Source of the DNA: Candidatus Saccharimonadota bacterium | Lineage (GTDB): Bacteria > Pseudomonadota > Alphaproteobacteria > Rickettsiales > Anaplasmataceae | Assembly: GCF_013365495.1 (NCBI RefSeq) | Contig: NZ_CP046580.1 | Span: forward strand, 270,001-302,000 | Reading direction: 5' to 3' | DNA: 32,000 bases | Part shown: positions 26,918-32,000 of the stretch, one piece after another | Layout of the letters: every line of letters starts with the position of its first letter | Position numbering within the stretch: position 1 is the first letter of the stretch | Position numbers and translations under genes: made by a program | The notes under the pieces: generated by a model | Seen by the model: the letters and a program-made list of their open reading frames with translations, nothing else | The model's database searches: none | Told to the model about the DNA's origin: nothing

Positions 26918-27517
26918 GTTTTATTTGTGCTAATTTGGTAATAATTGTTTTTAGTTATTTTAAGTTTAGAGCTATTTATTATGGGATAATTTAAAATTAT
27001 ATGAATTTAATGTGTATTTAAAGATCTGAATAGTTAAATAAATTTTGCTATCAAGAACTTTATTGTATTATTAATGATAAAGCAGACTTTTCTCAATTTA
27101 GATTAATGAAACAAAGGTATTAGGTTATTGAAGGTGAAAAAAACAAATATAAAGCTCTTAGTATCTAGGTGTAAGTATGTTAACTTAGATTGATTTTTGT
27201 TTGGTACTATAAATAATAGGTGCTGTTTTTTTTATGGTTTATTTATGTGGTAGTAGTGGTATATATATAGATTGATCACAAGAGATTAAAGTAGGATTAT
27301 ATTGAAACTATATTTGGTAAATTATGAAGTTTAAGAGGAACTATGCTGGTAATTTTAGAGAGTTTGAATCAGTAATGATTGATAACTGGCAAAGGGGTAA
27401 AAATTTTTCTATAAAATTATCTTAGAGTCAATGCTTAAAATTGAAATTTATCTTCTTTACTTTAAAAGAAGCTAAGTGAAATCTAAAGAAGGACAGGAGT
27501 TTTTTTTATTATTAATG

Positions 27518-27529
27518 ACTTGCGCAAGT
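27518..27529. repeat. Perfect 12-bp palindrome ACTTGCGCAAGT
   Basis: Read directly. It has a G/C-rich core in an otherwise AT-rich spacer, about 130 nt upstream of rpsO. Confidence 0.9.
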
Positions 27530-27659
27530 TAAAGTATTATGATACCTTAAATTATATTGTAGAATAGGTGATAGTAATATACTTGTTGTAGTTTGTGATT
27601 TTACCATGGTTATGTGAAGTCTTTTCGTCTTTATTTTTAATCTTTGAAGTGAGGTTGAG

Positions 27660-27932
27660 ATGTCAATAACGTCTGAAAGAAAAAGGAATTTAATAAGTAC
27701 ATATTCAACTAGGAAAAATGATACAGGTTCTTCTTTTGTACAATGTGCAATTTTAACAGAGAGGATTAATAACCTAACTGAGCATTTTAAAGTGCATAAG
27801 CATGATTATCACTCTAAGCGTGGTTTGCTTATATTGGTAGGTAGAAGACGCAAGCACTTGAGTTATATTAAGCGTAAGTTTGGTAGTAAGGCTTATCAAG
27901 AGTTAATAGAAAAGTTGGGCATTAGAAAGTAA
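27660..27932 (+). CDS. rpsO: 30S ribosomal protein S15
   Basis: 90 aa. Motifs [37 protein letters not shown]. Followed by pnp, as in most bacteria. Confidence 0.95.
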   Translation: MSITSERKRNLISTYSTRKNDTGSSFVQCAILTERINNLTEHFKVHKHDYHSKRGLLILVGRRRKHLSYIKRKFGSKAYQELIEKLGIRK

Positions 27933-27947
27933 TTTAAGGGATTTAAT

Positions 27948-30224
27948 ATGTTTAAGATTATAAAAAAATCTATAGAGTGGGGTAGTCGTATTTTGTCTTT
28001 AGAAACAGGAAAAATAGCACGTCAAGCTGATGGTGCAGTGGTTGTAAATTATGGTGATACTGCTATTTTAGTGACTATTGTACGTAAAAAGAAAGAAGAA
28101 AACGTTGATTTTTTACCTCTAAATGTGCAATTCATTGCAAAAAGTTATGCTGTAGGTAAGATTCCTGGTGGCTTTTTAAAAAGAGAAGGTAAACCATCTG
28201 ATAGAGAAACCTTAATTTCAAGAATCATAGACAGAAGTATAAGGCCGCTATTCCCAGAAGGTTTTCGTGATGAGATTAGTGTAGTATGTAATTTATTAAC
28301 TTATGATACTGTTAATCCTCCTGAAGTACCGGCATTGATTGGTACTGTTGCAGCTCTTGCAATTTCTGGTGTTCCTTTTCATTTTATCATAGCTGGAGCT
28401 TTGATTGGTTATGATAAAAATAATAACTATATACTCAATCCATCTGCTCAAGAGATGAAAGTAAGTAATTTAGATTTATTTTTGTCTGGTGATGAACGTT
28501 CTATTTTAATGGTTGAATCAGAAGTAAAGGAGCTTTCTGAAGAAAATGTTTTAAGTGCAATGAAATTTGGTCATGAACATCTTCAACCTGTTATTAAATT
28601 TATAAAAGAGTTTGCTGGTGCAGTTGATATCAAATGTGAAAATTTCATCTCTATTAATACATCAGATGTGATGCAAGATCTTAGAAAGTATAGTGAAGCT
28701 TTTGAGAAAGCATACTTACAAACAGTAAAGCAAGAGCAAGTTCAAACTTTAGAAATGCTTAGAAATGATATATTAAGTACTTTAAAAGAGGAATCTGGAA
28801 AGGATGATAGGCTAATCATGCATGCACTAAAAAGTTTTGAAAGATCCTTAGTACGTGAGATAATTAGAAAAAAAGGGGTAAGAATAGATGGTCGTAGATA
28901 CGATGAAGTACGTCAAATAGAAGTTGAAGTTAATATTTTGTCTAAAACTCATGGTTCTGCCTTATTTACAAGGGGTAACACTCAGGCACTTGTTGTTACT
29001 GCTCTTGGTACTACACAGGATGAACAAATTGTGGATGATATTGAAGGTGATAGACGAGAGCATTTTATGTTGCATTATAATTTTCCTTCGTTTGCTGTTG
29101 GAGAAACTTTTGCTGTACGTGCACCAGGAAGAAGAGAAATCGGTCATGGTAAACTTGCTTGGAAAGCAATTCATCCTGTTTTACCTGATAAATCTGAATT
29201 TCCTTATACGATAAGAGTAGTATCTGAAATTTTGGAATCAGATGGTTCTTCTTCTATGGCAACAGTTTGTGGAACTTCTCTTGCTTTAATGGATACAGGT
29301 GTACCAATAAGGGCTCCAGTTGCTGGGATTGCTATGGGTCTTATTAAAGATGGGAACGAGTATGTAGTGCTTTCTGATATATTAGGTGATGAAGATTATC
29401 TTGGTGATATGGACTTTAAAGTAGCTGGAACTAGTAAAGGAATCACGGCACTACAAATGGATATGAAAATTTTTGGTATAAGTTTTGAAATTGTTGAAAA
29501 ATCTTTAGAACAGGCAAAAGCTGGAAGATTACATATCTTAGAAAAAATGAATGCGGTAATTTCAAAGCATAGTGATGATGTAAAAAGTCATGCACCAAGA
29601 ATGACATCATTTTATATAGATAAAGATAAAATTTCTGTAGCTATTGGTACTAAAGGAAAAAATATACGCAATGTATGTGAGAGAAGTAATGCAAAAGTTG
29701 AAATAGGAGATGATGGCAAAGTTTCTGTATTTGCTATGAGTAGTGTTGAAGCTGAAATAGCAAAAAATATGTTAATTGATTCTATAACAGAACTAGAGCA
29801 GGGTGCTATAGTTGATGTTAAGGTTACAAAAATAGATAAGTCGATTGTGGAGCTTGAACTTTTTAATGGAAGGAAAGGTAAGATGCATATAAGTGAAGTA
29901 GCAAATCAACATATAGAATCTATTGGGGATATACTTAAATATGGTGATATTTTTAGAGCGTTAGTGATTGATTTTGAGAAAGGTGGATGTCCAAAATTAT
30001 CAAGGCGTCGTGTTAATCAAGAAACAGGCGAATTTTTTGAAGGGGAATTGTATAACGAGAATAAGAAGGATGGTTCAAACGATAGAGGTTATTATAATAA
30101 TAGTTCATTTAATAAAAAAGCTGGTGGTGGATACCGTAAACGCTCCATTCGCTCTCGTTCTAGCTTTGGTAATAGAAATAGGCCACAATTTGGTAATGAT
30201 GATTCTTCACCTGGCTTTTATTAA
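27948..30224 (+). CDS. pnp: Polyribonucleotide nucleotidyltransferase (PNPase)
   Basis: 758 aa. Two RNase PH-like domains (for example FMLHYNFPSFAVGE and GSSSMATVCGTSLALMDTGVP), then KH and S1 regions, then a C-terminal R/G/S/N-rich tail of about 60 aa. AAGGGA lies 6 nt upstream of the ATG. Confidence 0.95.
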   Translation: MFKIIKKSIEWGSRILSLETGKIARQADGAVVVNYGDTAILVTIVRKKKEENVDFLPLNVQFIAKSYAVGKIPGGFLKREGKPSDRETLISRIIDRSIRPLFPEGFRDEISVVCNLLTYDTVNPPEVPALIGTVAALAISGVPFHFIIAGALIGYDKNNNYILNPSAQEMKVSNLDLFLSGDERSILMVESEVKELSEENVLSAMKFGHEHLQPVIKFIKEFAGAVDIKCENFISINTSDVMQDLRKYSEAFEKAYLQTVKQEQVQTLEMLRNDILSTLKEESGKDDRLIMHALKSFERSLVREIIRKKGVRIDGRRYDEVRQIEVEVNILSKTHGSALFTRGNTQALVVTALGTTQDEQIVDDIEGDRREHFMLHYNFPSFAVGETFAVRAPGRREIGHGKLAWKAIHPVLPDKSEFPYTIRVVSEILESDGSSSMATVCGTSLALMDTGVPIRAPVAGIAMGLIKDGNEYVVLSDILGDEDYLGDMDFKVAGTSKGITALQMDMKIFGISFEIVEKSLEQAKAGRLHILEKMNAVISKHSDDVKSHAPRMTSFYIDKDKISVAIGTKGKNIRNVCERSNAKVEIGDDGKVSVFAMSSVEAEIAKNMLIDSITELEQGAIVDVKVTKIDKSIVELELFNGRKGKMHISEVANQHIESIGDILKYGDIFRALVIDFEKGGCPKLSRRRVNQETGEFFEGELYNENKKDGSNDRGYYNNSSFNKKAGGGYRKRSIRSRSSFGNRNRPQFGNDDSSPGFY

Positions 30225-30228
30225 AAAT

Positions 30229-30249
30229 TAAGTTTTTACTTATTTTTTT
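30229..30249 (+). terminator. Weak hairpin plus T-run after pnp
   Basis: TAAGT-tttt-ACTTA followed by TTTTTTT, starting 5 nt after the pnp stop. The stem is only 5 bp and mostly A-T. Confidence 0.2.
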
Positions 30250-30317
30250 ATTCGTTATCTGATATTAAATATGATATTGGTAATTAATTTTTTTATATTA
30301 GATAAAAATTTAGGTAA

Positions 30318-30995
30318 TTAAAACAGATTTTTAAAGTTGTTTACAGCTTTTTTTATGTCTCTAGCTCTAAATATTGCTGATCCAGTAACCAAGATATCTG
30401 CGCCTGCTTTTACTATATCAGCTGCATTTAGAAGAGTTACTCCGCCGTCTACTGCAATTTGTGTTTTAAGATTACGCTCTTGTATCATTTTTTTCACAAG
30501 GGTTATTTTGTTTAGTTGTGAATAAATGAACTCTTGCCCGCTGAACCCAGGATTTACTGTCATAATTAGTACAATTTCTATTTCATGTATTATATCTTCG
30601 AGTATTTTAGGGGAAGTGGAAGGAATAATTGAAACTCCAGCTTGAACTGTCTTTTTTGTATTGTTTATGTTTTTATATGACTTTATTTTTCTTATTAATT
30701 TTTTCAGATAAACCTCTGCTTCTGCATGTACAGTGATAATATCGGCACCAGCTTTGATAAAGCTTTCAATATGTTTACTAGGTGATTTTATCATTAAATG
30801 TACATCAAAGGGAAGGTTGGTATATTTACGTATTGCAGAAATGACGCCTGAACCTATTGTAATACTCGGAACAAAATTTCCATCCATGACGTCTATGTGG
30901 ATATAATCTATACCTAAGTTGTTGATTCTTTTTATTTCTTTTCCTAATTTTGCAAAATTTGCTGAAAGTATAGAAGGTGCAATTTTGATACTCAT
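30318..30995 (-). CDS. rpe: Ribulose-phosphate 3-epimerase
   Basis: 225 aa. Motifs IAPSILSANF, HIDVMDGNFVP, DVHLM, MTVNPGFSGQ and VDGG. Confidence 0.95.
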   Translation of the reverse strand: MSIKIAPSILSANFAKLGKEIKRINNLGIDYIHIDVMDGNFVPSITIGSGVISAIRKYTNLPFDVHLMIKSPSKHIESFIKAGADIITVHAEAEVYLKKLIRKIKSYKNINNTKKTVQAGVSIIPSTSPKILEDIIHEIEIVLIMTVNPGFSGQEFIYSQLNKITLVKKMIQERNLKTQIAVDGGVTLLNAADIVKAGADILVTGSAIFRARDIKKAVNNFKNLF

Positions 30996-31153
30996 ATTAT
31001 TTTCGTTTGCTAATAAAGTAAAAATAACTTATTAAAAAAATTTTGTCACTAATACTTAATTATGAATTTTGAGCAGATTGATGTGATATTTTCTAGTAAT
31101 GAATTTTTTTTAACCATTTATTAAATGTTATGCTTGCATGAAACATCTTGACT

Positions 31154-31182
31154 TTGTATGTTTCCAGAAACGCTTATATAAT
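31154..31182 (+). promoter_or_regulatory. Candidate promoter of tRNA-Arg (TTGTAT-N17-TATAAT)
   Basis: TTGTAT at 31154-31159 and a perfect TATAAT at 31177-31182. The -10 ends 7 nt before the first tRNA nucleotide (31190). Confidence 0.4.
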
Positions 31183-31189
31183 AATGTAT

Positions 31190-31263
31190 GCGTCCGTAGC
31201 TCAGTTGGATAGAGCAACAGCCTTCTAAGCTGTGGGTCGTAGGTTCAAATCCTACTGGACGCA
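31190..31263 (+). tRNA. tRNA-Arg (anticodon UCU)
   Basis: Folded by hand. Acceptor GCGTCCG/TGGACGC (one G-U pair). D arm GCTC-AGTTGGATA-GAGC. Anticodon arm ACAGC-CTTCTAA-GCTGT, giving anticodon TCT. Variable loop GGGTC. T arm GTAGG-TTCAAAT-CCTAC. Discriminator A. CCA is not encoded. Confidence 0.92.
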
Positions 31264-31732
31264 CTTTTATCAATATTTTTCTCAAGTATTTTAATTATGT
31301 TGAATTAATAATAAATGAGTTTTGTTATTCAAGGTAGAATTAATTTTGATTGGGTTGTTTAACCTTATAATCTGGACTGAGCTCAAGGTGAGTATATAAT
31401 TGGGTATTGACATATAGGTTTTATAAAAAAAAATGGTTCTCTTTACCAAGAAAAGAGCTTATTAGTTTTATATGAGATTAAAGCTATATGATTAATTGAT
31501 GTATTTTCTATATACAATATTTAGAGTAAAACTTAATGAGCTTTTAGGGTTTTGCTTTAGTTAAAAGCATGGCTATAAGGCTTTTTTATTTTATTTACTA
31601 AAGTGATTATATGTCAGTCAATTTGCTTAAGTAAGTGATATATTTTGGTTAAAATTTAGTTATTTTATTTTCGATTACGATAAATGAAGTTTAATGTGTG
31701 TTAAAGTTTGTGAATTTTAGCTAAATTTTTAT

Positions 31733-31756
31733 ATCCTTTAAGGAAAGGGATTTTTT
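31733..31756 (+). terminator. Orphan intrinsic-terminator-like hairpin
   Basis: ATCCTTT-aagga-AAGGGAT gives a 7-bp stem with two G-C pairs and one G-U pair. It runs into TTTTTT. No annotated + strand gene lies upstream other than the tRNA, 470 nt away. Confidence 0.3.
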
Positions 31757-31909
31757 GCTTGATTATGAATAAATATTCTTATTAAATAAGAACTATTATA
31801 AGTATTTTATGATATATTTATTTCTACAAACTCTTGATTAGAAAGTAACTTATGTTTTACCATAAGAAAATTTTTATTAGTTTAATCTTAAATTAAAATA
31901 ATAATTAAT

Positions 31910-32000
31910 TTAGTCTTCTATTTCAAATTCCTGTATTACGAGATTCATTTTTACTCCTTGTGAGCCTTTAATTAAAATTATATCGTTGTTTTGAATAATA
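31910..32000 (-). CDS. 3' end of a gene truncated by the window edge; the C-terminus resembles a Mur-ligase (MurF-type) tail
   Basis: The minus strand reads ...IIQNNDIILIKGSQGVKMNLVIQEFEIED, with a TAA stop at 31912-31910. The segment hhh-KGS-x-G-x-K/R-M-x-x-V resembles the conserved MurF C-terminal motif (E. coli ILVKGSRSAAMEEVV). Only 30 codons are visible. Confidence 0.3.
   Translation of the reverse strand, partial: IIQNNDIILIKGSQGVKMNLVIQEFEIED

Noticed and set aside
27324-27425. A 33-codon ORF, MKFKRNYAGNFREFESVMIDNWQRGKNFSIKLS, in the rpsO upstream spacer
   Set aside because: The composition looks protein-like, but there is no ribosome-binding site and no motif I recognise, and it is short. 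It could be a gene relic but cannot be supported from the sequence alone.
30996-31909. tRNA-Arg as an integration hotspot, meaning a genomic island or prophage remnant next to it
   Set aside because: I found no integrase, no direct repeat of the tRNA 3' end, and no ORFs at all in either flank.
1-32000. CRISPR arrays, IS elements, toxin-antitoxin pairs and known defence-system gene sets
   Set aside because: No regularly spaced repeats, transposase-like ORFs or paired small ORFs were seen. Every sizeable ORF is either housekeeping or one of the three orphans described.

Overview
This is a very AT-rich window. Its gene content and layout fit a reduced, obligate-intracellular alphaproteobacterium of the Anaplasmataceae, probably Ehrlichia-like. 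That assignment is my inference from three things: a split nuo operon, the presence of ribD, and very long non-coding spacers.

I can support 26 complete protein genes, one 3' gene fragment at the right edge and one tRNA.
- A tightly packed + strand operon, nuoJ-K-L-M-N, birA, a ccmD-like ORF and ccmE (3621-10515).
- The conserved rpmF-plsX-fabH cluster (12227-14423).
- A minus-strand block: dgt-like and ribD, then mnmG, pepP and a 122-aa orphan.
- erpA/iscA-like, lolD, an alpha/beta hydrolase, a NifS/IscS-like cysteine desulfurase, rpsO-pnp, rpe and tRNA-Arg(UCU).
- Lineage-restricted genes: a 622-aa predicted beta-barrel outer-membrane protein (1189-3057), a 122-aa Met/Gln-rich helical orphan (14436-14804) and a 237-aa protein with a two-helix hydrophobic hairpin (26141-26854).

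Two small genes are missing from the ORF track because they are under 60 aa. One is a 40-aa CcmD-like ORF (10014-10136). The other is a 55-aa lipoprotein on the minus strand (23301-23468), antisense to a spurious 77-aa track ORF.

About 6.7 kb of the window sits in eight large spacers with no credible ORF. The largest is 1.7 kb (10516-12226).

I see no CRISPR array, transposase, integrase, phage gene or recognisable defence or toxin system. This is essentially a core-genome region. The items most worth follow-up are the hairpin membrane protein with its own promoter and terminator, the hidden lipoprotein, the CcmD-like ORF, a Glu->Lys change at a conserved NuoK membrane glutamate, and the unexplained long spacers. 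All promoter and terminator calls are pattern matches in an AT-rich background and are low confidence.
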